Positions 27,032 to 34,865 of a stretch of DNA of 64,000 bases are shown one piece after another (positions within the stretch are counted from its first letter, which is position 1; each line of letters begins with the position of its first letter). Below the pieces are notes generated by a model. The model did not search any database, had not been told where the DNA came from, and saw nothing but the letters and a program-made list of their open reading frames with translations. The position numbers and the translations under genes were made by a program. Origin of the DNA: a virus; IMG/VR virus record IMGVR_UViG_3300049491_001102, positions 1-64,000 of that record. One strand, given 5' to 3'.

Positions 27032-28930
27032 TCAACCCCACCCCCAACGCCCTTTGCGGATCAAGTCTTCGCGCTGCAAACGATCCGCGTGCCAAGCTCT
27101 TTGAATCGCGTTCACACGCTCCGCGCAATCTTGTGGTGTTTTGGGTAGGACTTTTTTCGCTGCTAAGTCTTCCAGATACAAAATAACACGCTCCGCAAGG
27201 TCCTCGTCCACCGCAACGCCTTGTCGTTGCTCTTCGATGACGCTCTCGATGAGCTTCTCGCGGATAGTCGTCCACATGTATAACCAAACGTCATATTCCT
27301 CGGGCGCGTACGATGAACGACAGAACTGGTGAGCGTAACGATTGGCCTCGTTAATTTGCCAATCTTCTATTACAGGCGGAAAAACGTTCAACAACTTGAT
27401 GTCCCGGAATTTGAACTTCTTGTTTGCATGGTCGACGAGATACGACACGCGAACACGTGCCCACTCGTGCGGCGAGATGCCCTTCTCAGCGAGAAGATCA
27501 AATCGCTCTGCTAACACACTGATTTCAGCCATGGTAATCGTCGTGGGTGACGACCACTTTCCTGATTCAGCTTCGAGTGCGGCCGTATACGCGTTGATAA
27601 GTAAACCGGCTTTTTCTTGCTTGGTAGCGTGAATGCTCAATCGCGGAAACTTTGGGCCTTCAAAAGGCTTGTCGAAGAATGCATACGGACCCCTTGGGTA
27701 CAACTTCCCGATTAAGTCGGTGGCCAAAGCTTTGCGCTGTTCATGAAGCTCACCCAGACGCTTCTGCCGCTCTTTCGCTTCAGGTGACATCTTCTCCCCC
27801 GAAAGCAAATCAGCAAAGGACAAGTTCCTCAGCTCTTCGTCCGTATAAAATGTTTCCTCTTCCGTCGGCATTGGCTCCGCGTGTGTATTTAATAGTTGGT
27901 CGACGGAAAAGTTATCCGCAGAGTTTTGCGCGACTCCTTGCGGTGATTCCTCGGATTGATCGGGCGGGAGTTCTGAACTTGGCGCAGAAATCTCGGCGAG
28001 GAGTTCTGGTTTTCTGCCCTCTTCGCAAGAAGAGAAAAAAAACGACGGGGCCGGCGAAGCTGGGCCCGTCGTTTCTTCTTCTTCAGAAGAAGAAACACAA
28101 CCATACAACCATACAACCACACTACACGAATTTAGAACGCCGTTCTGAGCGTGATTTTGAAAGCGTACACCCCCATAGCTCAAAACGGGGGGTGAAAGGA
28201 CAGGTGAAAGGACAGGTGAAAGGACAGGTGAAAGGACAGGGTGAAGTTGGGGGGTGAAGTTGGTGTCCACTTCACCGGATCGGCGAAGCTCTTTCACCCG
28301 GCGACGACGAGCGGACCTTGCGTCGTTTTCTGCGGCGGAGTTCTCCCGCCCAAGTGACCATGCACTGACTTGTTGCCCGACGTTTCGCTCGATCGCCAAA
28401 TAGAGCTCCTGAGGAATTAGAACTCTGTCATCCCCTTGTACTTCACCAAAAACACGACGAACGGTTGTCTTCGTCTTAGAAGACGATGCACCGATGTCTA
28501 CAACAAGACCTAATAAACGAAGAGCATTAAGATAGTAGAAGACATTTCTACGTGTCATCGGTTTATCCACACGATCCCGTGTCTTCTCCTCTTTTTGTAC
28601 CTTCTCGTCACGGTCTCGATGTCGTTGCAACCAAAAGGGAAACTTCGCACAAAGGGTGTCGACGCTGTATTGGATGAAGCCCGCGTTATCCCGGGCTTTT
28701 AGCAAGCAGCGCCACAAAACATTCAGATTGCTGCCGATGTAATCGGAGACGCGCCGCGGCGAAATTGCCACCAGGTCCACCCCTTTGGGTGACCAGTTTC
28801 GTGTCAAAATTTCGTTGCCGTAAGCACCAGGGAACGCTAAACTATTCACGCAAGCAACTTTCTTTAACAGCGAACAGTGCTGCCTTTGAGCATTGGGATT
28901 TGTTAAACAGGGGAAACGTTGTTCGTTCAA
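27032..28930 (-). CDS. Putative replication initiator (N-terminal winged helix, internal iterons, C-terminal helical domain)
   Basis: Directly upstream of DnaB; contains 12-bp tandem repeats as lambda O does; start uncertain. Confidence 0.7.
   Translation of the reverse strand: MNEQRFPCLTNPNAQRQHCSLLKKVACVNSLAFPGAYGNEILTRNWSPKGVDLVAISPRRVSDYIGSNLNVLWRCLLKARDNAGFIQYSVDTLCAKFPFWLQRHRDRDEKVQKEEKTRDRVDKPMTRRNVFYYLNALRLLGLVVDIGASSSKTKTTVRRVFGEVQGDDRVLIPQELYLAIERNVGQQVSAWSLGRENSAAENDARSARRRRVKELRRSGEVDTNFTPQLHPVLSPVLSPVLSPVLSPPVLSYGGVRFQNHAQNGVLNSCSVVVWLYGCVSSSEEEETTGPASPAPSFFFSSCEEGRKPELLAEISAPSSELPPDQSEESPQGVAQNSADNFSVDQLLNTHAEPMPTEEETFYTDEELRNLSFADLLSGEKMSPEAKERQKRLGELHEQRKALATDLIGKLYPRGPYAFFDKPFEGPKFPRLSIHATKQEKAGLLINAYTAALEAESGKWSSPTTITMAEISVLAERFDLLAEKGISPHEWARVRVSYLVDHANKKFKFRDIKLLNVFPPVIEDWQINEANRYAHQFCRSSYAPEEYDVWLYMWTTIREKLIESVIEEQRQGVAVDEDLAERVILYLEDLAAKKVLPKTPQDCAERVNAIQRAWHADRLQREDLIRKGRWGWG
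27887..27913 (-). promoter_or_regulatory. Internal class-II promoter AACTTT-N11-ACTATTAAAT
   Basis: Full motif inside the initiator gene, followed by GGAG and an in-frame ATG at 27871. Confidence 0.6.
28191..28263. repeat. Iteron array / putative replication origin
   Basis: GGTGAAAGGACA x4 exact (28191-28238), then GGTGAAGTTGG x2; inverted TTCACC cores at 28271 and 28293. Confidence 0.8.
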
Positions 28931-28960
28931 AAGGGAAAGCCGTGCAGGGCTTTCCCTTTT
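28929..28960. terminator. Bidirectional terminator-like hairpin at the initiator 5' end
   Basis: AAAAGGGAAAGCC-GTGCAG-GGCTTTCCCTTTT, 13-bp stem. Confidence 0.7.
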
Positions 28961-28963
28961 ACT

Positions 28964-29230
28964 TTATGGACCATCCGCCGATTTGCCTATTGAAGACCTT
29001 TTGTGGTGTTCATCAGCGTAAAACTCTAATAACTTAATAAAATGCTTTGCTGGTTCCCGGTACCCACAACGCCACTGCTTAACGATATCAACGGACCGTT
29101 CCAGAAGTGCACCAACTTGGGGGCACGTCCAACCGGTTTCCGCCATGATCTCGCGCAATCGAATTGATTGGGGACTCAGTCGTTTCACGGAAACTTGCAC
29201 GTGACACTCATCCACGGGTACGGTGCGCAC
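28964..29230 (-). CDS. Small HTH (Cro/XRE-like) regulator
   Basis: LREIMAETGWTCPQVGALLERSVDIVKQWRCG. Confidence 0.7.
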   Translation of the reverse strand: MRTVPVDECHVQVSVKRLSPQSIRLREIMAETGWTCPQVGALLERSVDIVKQWRCGYREPAKHFIKLLEFYADEHHKRSSIGKSADGP

Positions 29231-29300
29231 GCGCTAACCGTACGTCCTTTCACCCGTCTCGTCCACCCGTTCGTCGGGGATTTGCGCTGTGGCGCTCGGG

Positions 29301-29726
29301 TTACGCGAGGTCGAGACGGGCGGCCGCGCCCTGGGGGATCCAGACCGTGTTGCCGGTGACTGCCCCATAAACCCGGCGAACGGTGGCATGCGAACGAAAC
29401 CCAGGTCGAAGGACTCGCGTCAAGCCGAGGTCGTCAACCGCGTGGATGTAGTCGCGCGTTACCCGGTCGGTCACCTGGGTCGTGATGCGGATCCCATCGA
29501 CACCGCCACGCGAGAACCATCGGGGGATCGCAGCGCGGAATTGGAGGTTGGACCAGGCCAGTTCACCATGGTCATCGCGAAGATCGAGCATTCGCAGCCA
29601 AAGCACAATGAGGGCTCTCTTCGTGTTCCGTTGGAGTTTTCGGCGACTCTCGACGACCATTTCAATCGATTCGTCTGGCCATTTTTGAAACGGGATAACA
29701 CTGTTGCTAGCGACTTCAATTTTCAT
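29301..29726 (-). CDS. Stand-alone paralogue of the initiator N-terminal DNA-binding domain
   Basis: L.VLW...L..RD..G, Y..A...LGL and TVRRV(Y/F)G.V.G..V.IPQ shared with 27032..28930; GAGGG RBS. Confidence 0.75.
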   Translation of the reverse strand: MKIEVASNSVIPFQKWPDESIEMVVESRRKLQRNTKRALIVLWLRMLDLRDDHGELAWSNLQFRAAIPRWFSRGGVDGIRITTQVTDRVTRDYIHAVDDLGLTRVLRPGFRSHATVRRVYGAVTGNTVWIPQGAAARLDLA

Positions 29727-29965
29727 GGGGTTCCCTCGTCTTGCCCGCGCGAAAACGTTGTGCTCTGCTGAACGAGCCAGGTTGCTTCCCGTTCGATGGT
29801 CGGCGGGGTCGCGGTGATGCTGCGCGTGTTTTGCTTCTCTCTTCTTCGTCTCGGTGTCGGGGGCGGTGCTTCGCAAAGGCACCGCCCCTTTTTATGCTAG
29901 GGTTGCATCAACACACCTGCCGGGCGCGGTCGTAAGTCCAGCTCACTCGGGGGTTTTTTTATTGG

Positions 29966-30103
29966 TTAGTCGTCCCCTCGTTGATGCCTCAGTTTTCGGG
30001 TCTGGGTACGAATTCGCCGGGCTCGATCGCTGCGGGCGATCTTTTCACAGCGACGACAGCAAAGGATTCGGCGACGAATTTTCTTGCGAATGGTTCGGCT
30101 CAT
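29966..30103 (-). CDS. 45-aa Arg-rich peptide MSRTIRKKIRRRILCCRRCEK... (absent from the ORF track)
   Basis: Translated by hand; GAGG upstream, preceded by an overlapping ATG-AGC-TAA minigene. Confidence 0.45.
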   Translation of the reverse strand: MSRTIRKKIRRRILCCRRCEKIARSDRARRIRTQTRKLRHQRGDD

Positions 30104-30311
30104 TAGCTCATAGTGGCCTCGTTTTCGTGGGTCCGAATTCTGGAAAATAGTTTGAGGTCAAACTAAACCTCGAGTCTCCGCCGGCGGCGTTCGAGCGGGG
30201 ACTACCCGTATATCCGTAGTTGTACGGGTATAGCACTTATTTCGCTAAACGCGCGGGATTTCGGGTTGCACTTCCGTGTGTAAGCATTAAACTTACAGTT
30301 TAGAGAAAGCC

Positions 30312-30587
30312 ATGCCTTCCCGCGCACCAAAGTTGTCTAAAACGGAACGAAAAATCATCAACATCATTCTGGCCAATCCTGTGGAATGCACGGGGCGCGA
30401 GTTGTTCCGGCTCGCCGCTGGTGAACTGCAAATCGGCACCATTTACACCACGCTGCAACGCATGGAGAGAAAGGGATTTTTGGCGTCCGTGGTGGAAGAG
30501 CGGCGGCCATCGGTGCCCGGAAACTTGCGGCGATTTTACTCAGTTACGTCTTTGGGCCTCCGAACATGCGACATCGCTATGTTCTAG
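30312..30587 (+). CDS. PadR family transcriptional regulator
   Basis: GTIYTTLQRMERKGFL...RRFYSVTSLG. Confidence 0.85.
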   Translation: MPSRAPKLSKTERKIINIILANPVECTGRELFRLAAGELQIGTIYTTLQRMERKGFLASVVEERRPSVPGNLRRFYSVTSLGLRTCDIAMF

Positions 30588-30860
30588 GCTCGTTTGTAGA
30601 ATTTCAATGAAGTGCAGCATAGCTTGGCGACCCGTAAACACGAGGTACACTTGAGGTTCATCTCGTTGTGCTGGCTCTTGCCCCACTTCATATCCATCTG
30701 GTGCCAAACGGCCCGTGATTTCTGGGTCACCAATTGGTCCCGGGGGCTGTGGTGCCAATAATATCGCGTAATGCTTGTCACCCTGTTGGACCTGGGCCAC
30801 ATAAACGCTACCATGTCCAAATTGAACAGTTGTCTTGTTTCCTTGAATTTCAATACTCAT
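30540..30860 (-). CDS. Hypothetical protein
   Basis: ORF following the helicase. Confidence 0.55.
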   Translation of the reverse strand: MSIEIQGNKTTVQFGHGSVYVAQVQQGDKHYAILLAPQPPGPIGDPEITGRLAPDGYEVGQEPAQRDEPQVYLVFTGRQAMLHFIEILQTSLEHSDVACSEAQRRN

Positions 30861-30869
30861 AGTCTATTC

Positions 30870-32375
30870 TCACGTTGTTGGTAGCGGAATCACGAGTTGG
30901 GTCCCCTGTCCCGTGGGTGCGGCCGCGCTTAGGACTTTTACGTCGTAACCCATCGAACGATAGGCTGCGACACGCTGATCCGAATAATCCTGCAACCACT
31001 TCAACTCCTTTTGGGTGTTCTTGCGGTTGGTCAACGGATTGATGTGCGGCACGGCAACGTCGTAAAACTCGACCACATCGACGGTACCTTTGACGATGTT
31101 GCCGGCAGGATCGCGAATCATTCGCATTCCACGACCCACGAGTTGCAGCGTTTCGATGGTGCTCGCGTTGCCGCGCGCATTCACGACAGTCGCGATTTCC
31201 TCAATGTCGGTGCCGGTCTGCAGCACTTTGGTGGCGACGATGACCTCCGTGGTCAAATCGCGAAGTCGGGCAATCATCGCGTCTTGTTGTTTTTGGGTCA
31301 TGCCCGACCCGCGCATGAACTCCGCTCGAACCCCCATGGCCTTGAGCAACTTCAAGATAGCGAGGCCATGCCCCGCCGTGCGGACGCCAACCAATGCCGG
31401 CTTTCCGGCGGCAGCCGTGAGCTCAGCAATCTTCACGTTGCGCTTGGAGTTCTTGACGATGTTCACCGAATAAACGACCAACGGATTGGCCTTGGGCGCG
31501 ATCGTGTGCTCGACCGGGTGGAATACGACCTTGGGCATAGCGACGTAGCCTTCCGCGATGAGGTCTTCCGCCGGCTTGTAGTAGATGACACGCCCCACAA
31601 GCCCCGTCGCCAACATGTCCCGTCGGTCCCCGCGATCGAGTGCGGTACCAGACATGCCAAAACGCCAATAGGCATTGGTCACATGCTCTGCTACATGGAC
31701 GAAATCGTCGGCGCTCGCCGAATGGAATTCGTCGATGATGAAACCGGTGAATTCGCCTAAAAACTTGCAGGCTTCTTTGTAGTCGGCCTTGAGCCGCTGC
31801 GACAAAGTTTGGAACGTCGCGGTGGTGAACGTGTCGCCAATCGACCATTCGCCGTCGCCGATTCGACCTGCGACATCGCCGGTACGAAGTTCGTAGCGAT
31901 CGGCCGCTTGGTACATCAGCCGGGTTTCTGGTGCGAGAAACAGCCATTTCACCCCTTGAATGGCGCGCGTTAACCCGATCGCACACTCGGTTTTTCCTGC
32001 GCCGGTAACGAGCCGCATGACACCACGCGTCCGCTCGGCACACGTCCAAACCGCCTCTTGCTGGTAATCGCGAAGCCAACCAAGGTCGGCCGACCTGTCG
32101 ACCCAACCGTGCCGCACGCGATGATCTTCAACGGAAATAGAAAACCCACGCTTTTCGCCTTGAACCACCACAAGCGAAGCCAACCCCGTCGGGAAGGACT
32201 TCGACGATTGGTTGAACATGTGGCGCAACGTGTTGAAATCATACTTCAACACGCCGTCCACCATCTTGTACGCATTCGTCGTGTCCTTGAATGCGCAAAA
32301 GTTGATCAGCCAATCCATCTCTTCTTGCGAATCGAAGTCCACAAACGTGTGATGGTTTTCAAGACAAAGCCTCAT
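30870..32375 (-). CDS. Superfamily II helicase (UvsW/Rad25-like)
   Basis: LRDYQ, TGAGKT, DEFH, SGT, TGTDI, QLVGRGMR; start set at MRLCLEN. Confidence 0.92.
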   Translation of the reverse strand: MRLCLENHHTFVDFDSQEEMDWLINFCAFKDTTNAYKMVDGVLKYDFNTLRHMFNQSSKSFPTGLASLVVVQGEKRGFSISVEDHRVRHGWVDRSADLGWLRDYQQEAVWTCAERTRGVMRLVTGAGKTECAIGLTRAIQGVKWLFLAPETRLMYQAADRYELRTGDVAGRIGDGEWSIGDTFTTATFQTLSQRLKADYKEACKFLGEFTGFIIDEFHSASADDFVHVAEHVTNAYWRFGMSGTALDRGDRRDMLATGLVGRVIYYKPAEDLIAEGYVAMPKVVFHPVEHTIAPKANPLVVYSVNIVKNSKRNVKIAELTAAAGKPALVGVRTAGHGLAILKLLKAMGVRAEFMRGSGMTQKQQDAMIARLRDLTTEVIVATKVLQTGTDIEEIATVVNARGNASTIETLQLVGRGMRMIRDPAGNIVKGTVDVVEFYDVAVPHINPLTNRKNTQKELKWLQDYSDQRVAAYRSMGYDVKVLSAAAPTGQGTQLVIPLPTT

Positions 32376-32620
32376 AGCTCTAGCAACTTGGCCATTTCTG
32401 GCCCGAGATGGGTTTTGACTGAATCGTATTGAATGAAAATGGTTTGGCCGAGCTTTTCCGTTTTGACGTGGGCTTCCTCGACCCACTTGTAGATCGCAGA
32501 AGTGGACAACATCACCTTGTCCGCCACGTCCTGAACGGTCCAATACCCCTTCGCCCGCATCCGTGCGACGAGCTGCTCGCGTCGAGTTGCTGCCCGATGG
32601 GCGCGCACAGAATCCGTCAT
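32372..32620 (-). CDS. Excisionase/MerR-like HTH DNA-binding protein
   Basis: WTVQDVADKVMLSTSAIYKWV. Confidence 0.75.
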   Translation of the reverse strand: MTDSVRAHRAATRREQLVARMRAKGYWTVQDVADKVMLSTSAIYKWVEEAHVKTEKLGQTIFIQYDSVKTHLGPEMAKLLEL

Positions 32621-33198
32621 TGAAGCAACTCCTCACGAACCATCGTCAAAAATGTACGCCGGCAACTCCACAGATACCGACGGTTGTGCCCTTGTTGTGT
32701 GAGTTCATGGATGACATCTTTCCGCTCAACACCCATCATTTCTTCTCGGACAATCTGGGCTCCGATTGCACATTTCGGGTATTCACCAGCTAAACGTGCA
32801 ATGACGCGGTCTGCTGCCAACGATATTTCTTTCGTTAGGAAGGCGTCTTCGACGTTGTCCACCGTGGTGGTTGTAGGGTCCAGAACCTTAGTTTGTTCAT
32901 TCAAAGTGCAGTCCGCCCACTCATGTCGATTTTTGTAGATATTGACGTTTCGAATCGCCATAAGTTGGGTGTAGACCACTCGATACAGATACGTTTCTGG
33001 ATAATCCGGTGAAAATCCTTCTGCGAGCTTCATGAGCACCCGCATCCAACCGTGTTGGATAAGATCAGGCTCATCCACAAAGCTCAGCAACCACTCGTTC
33101 TTTCGGCGAAAACTATAGACAGCCTTGAGAATGCAAGATTCTACGGCCTCATGGCTTAGATAGACGTCTGTTCCTGAAATTCTGTATTGCGTACTCAT
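32617..33198 (-). CDS. ECF-like RNA polymerase sigma factor
   Basis: Region 2-like DEPDLIQHGWMRVL...ETYLYRVV; C-terminal region-4-like helices; 193 aa. Confidence 0.65.
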   Translation of the reverse strand: MSTQYRISGTDVYLSHEAVESCILKAVYSFRRKNEWLLSFVDEPDLIQHGWMRVLMKLAEGFSPDYPETYLYRVVYTQLMAIRNVNIYKNRHEWADCTLNEQTKVLDPTTTTVDNVEDAFLTKEISLAADRVIARLAGEYPKCAIGAQIVREEMMGVERKDVIHELTQQGHNRRYLWSCRRTFLTMVREELLQ

Positions 33199-34094
33199 GC
33201 TACACCTCCGAACACTGCAATGACTTCGGTAGCACCAACTGTGTCTTTCTGTGCTTCGATTGTTGCTCGCATAGATTTCAGACGATCTTGCAACGCGTCC
33301 AAGTTTCGGTCGACTGCACCAGCATAAAGCGCAATCTTGTCTTTCATCCCGTCGAGCTTTTTCAATCGCGTTGCAGCCGCGCGTGGTGCCGGTTTGTCGT
33401 TGGTGTTCTGTTCCTGAACGAACTCGACCATGTCATCCATCATGGCCGTGCACTCCTGCATCAGCGCATCGATCACTGCATCGGCAGCACTGGTCACTTT
33501 GAGCGCTGGAATTCGGTACACGCGATGCTTGCTCACCAAGCCCAGAGCATCAGCTAACATGTTCCAATCGGCCTGCTTGGGCTGCGGGACAAAATAGACC
33601 CCGCCAGCTCCACGCATTCGCACGGCCTGATGTCGCTCGGCCGACCAGGTCAGCCACTGGCTCACGTCTTCGGACGTGAAAACGTCCCGCATAGCGACGA
33701 AGGAGTCGATGATCCGCGATCCAAAGTTGATGTTGTCGCGGAGCACCTTCACCGCGTCTTGCCCGTCGGCGGTCTCCGTGAGGCAAAAGATGGCGGCGGA
33801 GCTGAGGTGCAGAGACTCTTCAGTGGTTTTGTCCGCGTCCTCACCGATGACGTGGACCATCGCGCCTTTGCTGCGCACCACGTACCGGTTGCCACCAGCA
33901 TGCCGACATGCCCGGATGAGCAAGTTCTGGGTGCTGGGGGCCATGGGAGCATGGCGCTCCTCGATGCCAACTGCCGCCAAGGCATCGATCAACTTGCCAC
34001 GTTCAATGTGTTGTCCCCCATGGAGGGTCCAATAGGTGATGGCCCCGAGTGCGTCGCCGCCCGCTTGCGGCACGGCAATGTATTGGCTTGACAT
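33195..34094 (-). CDS. Conserved phage protein (DUF3150/DUF6744-like)
   Basis: GAITYW, R..GGVYFVP, C-terminal coiled coil. Confidence 0.6.
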   Translation of the reverse strand: MSSQYIAVPQAGGDALGAITYWTLHGGQHIERGKLIDALAAVGIEERHAPMAPSTQNLLIRACRHAGGNRYVVRSKGAMVHVIGEDADKTTEESLHLSSAAIFCLTETADGQDAVKVLRDNINFGSRIIDSFVAMRDVFTSEDVSQWLTWSAERHQAVRMRGAGGVYFVPQPKQADWNMLADALGLVSKHRVYRIPALKVTSAADAVIDALMQECTAMMDDMVEFVQEQNTNDKPAPRAAATRLKKLDGMKDKIALYAGAVDRNLDALQDRLKSMRATIEAQKDTVGATEVIAVFGGVA

Positions 34095-34139
34095 AGTCAA
34101 CTTATTACACCTTTTTCACTGGTTACACCAGTTGTGCGT

Positions 34140-34168
34140 AAAAAAAGCGAGAGGAGTCCTCTCGCTTT
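34140..34168 (-). terminator. Intrinsic terminator
   Basis: AAAGCGAGAGG-ACT-CCTCTCGCTTT running into a T-tract. Confidence 0.7.
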
Positions 34169-34196
34169 CGCGCTTAACCGGCGCGCTTGACGCTTA

Positions 34197-34739
34197 TTAC
34201 GCGCTCTTGCTCCGCGTGCGTCGGCCTGCTTTCGCCCCCGTGCCAGCCGGCTTCACCTTGGGAGGATCCGTGGGGCGGCGGAAATGCGAGACCATACCAA
34301 CACCAGAAGCTCCGGTATTGGTGCGCCAACTTACGCTTTGCTTGTCCACGGCAAGAACTTCGAATTCCTGACCGGCAAACGCAGCGTAGGTGGCAGGTGC
34401 CGTATCTCGCAACACAAGCTTCTCGCCCGGCTGAAACACCGTAAGCGTGCGCTTTCGCGAAAGCGGGAAAAATGAGCGTGGCAAGCTTTCCAGGTCTTTG
34501 GCCAAGCCAGCAATCCATGCGGTCGTTTCGGCGATGTCAGACAAGAACTTCGGCTTGTCCACCGAGTTTTTCTCCGCAACTTTCTGTTCAATTCGCTCGA
34601 ACTCCTGTTGGACCTGTTCGACTTCATTCTTAGCCCGTTCCAGGCGCTTGGCCAAACGGATGACCCACGTGACCTTGCGGGCGCGTTTCACTGGGGTGGC
34701 GGTAGTATCGGTGGTGACGGCAGCGGTAGCGGTAGTCAT
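34197..34739 (-). CDS. Basic coiled-coil protein
   Basis: Start MTTATA with GAGGAG RBS; TTGTAC-N16-TATAGT promoter at 34761-34788. Confidence 0.65.
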   Translation of the reverse strand: MTTATAAVTTDTTATPVKRARKVTWVIRLAKRLERAKNEVEQVQQEFERIEQKVAEKNSVDKPKFLSDIAETTAWIAGLAKDLESLPRSFFPLSRKRTLTVFQPGEKLVLRDTAPATYAAFAGQEFEVLAVDKQSVSWRTNTGASGVGMVSHFRRPTDPPKVKPAGTGAKAGRRTRSKSA

Positions 34740-34833
34740 TGATCTCTCCTCTGTCCAAGGACTATAAACAAACTTCCCGCTTGTACAAGTACGAACCGCG
34801 CACTTACGTGAAAAAGGTTCATCTGCTTTTACA

Positions 34834-34859
34834 AACTTTTCACTCGTTTCACTATTATA
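34834..34859 (+). promoter_or_regulatory. Class-II promoter AACTTT-N11-ACTATTATA
   Basis: Motif ending 6 nt before ATG 34866. Confidence 0.6.
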
Positions 34860-34865
34860 GCGCAT

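Noticed and set aside
28191-28263. Tandem repeats as a CRISPR array
   Set aside because: 12-bp head-to-tail units without spacers, and no cas genes
32372-32620. Excisionase implying an integrated prophage
   Set aside because: Generic HTH; no integrase, att site or host genes in the window
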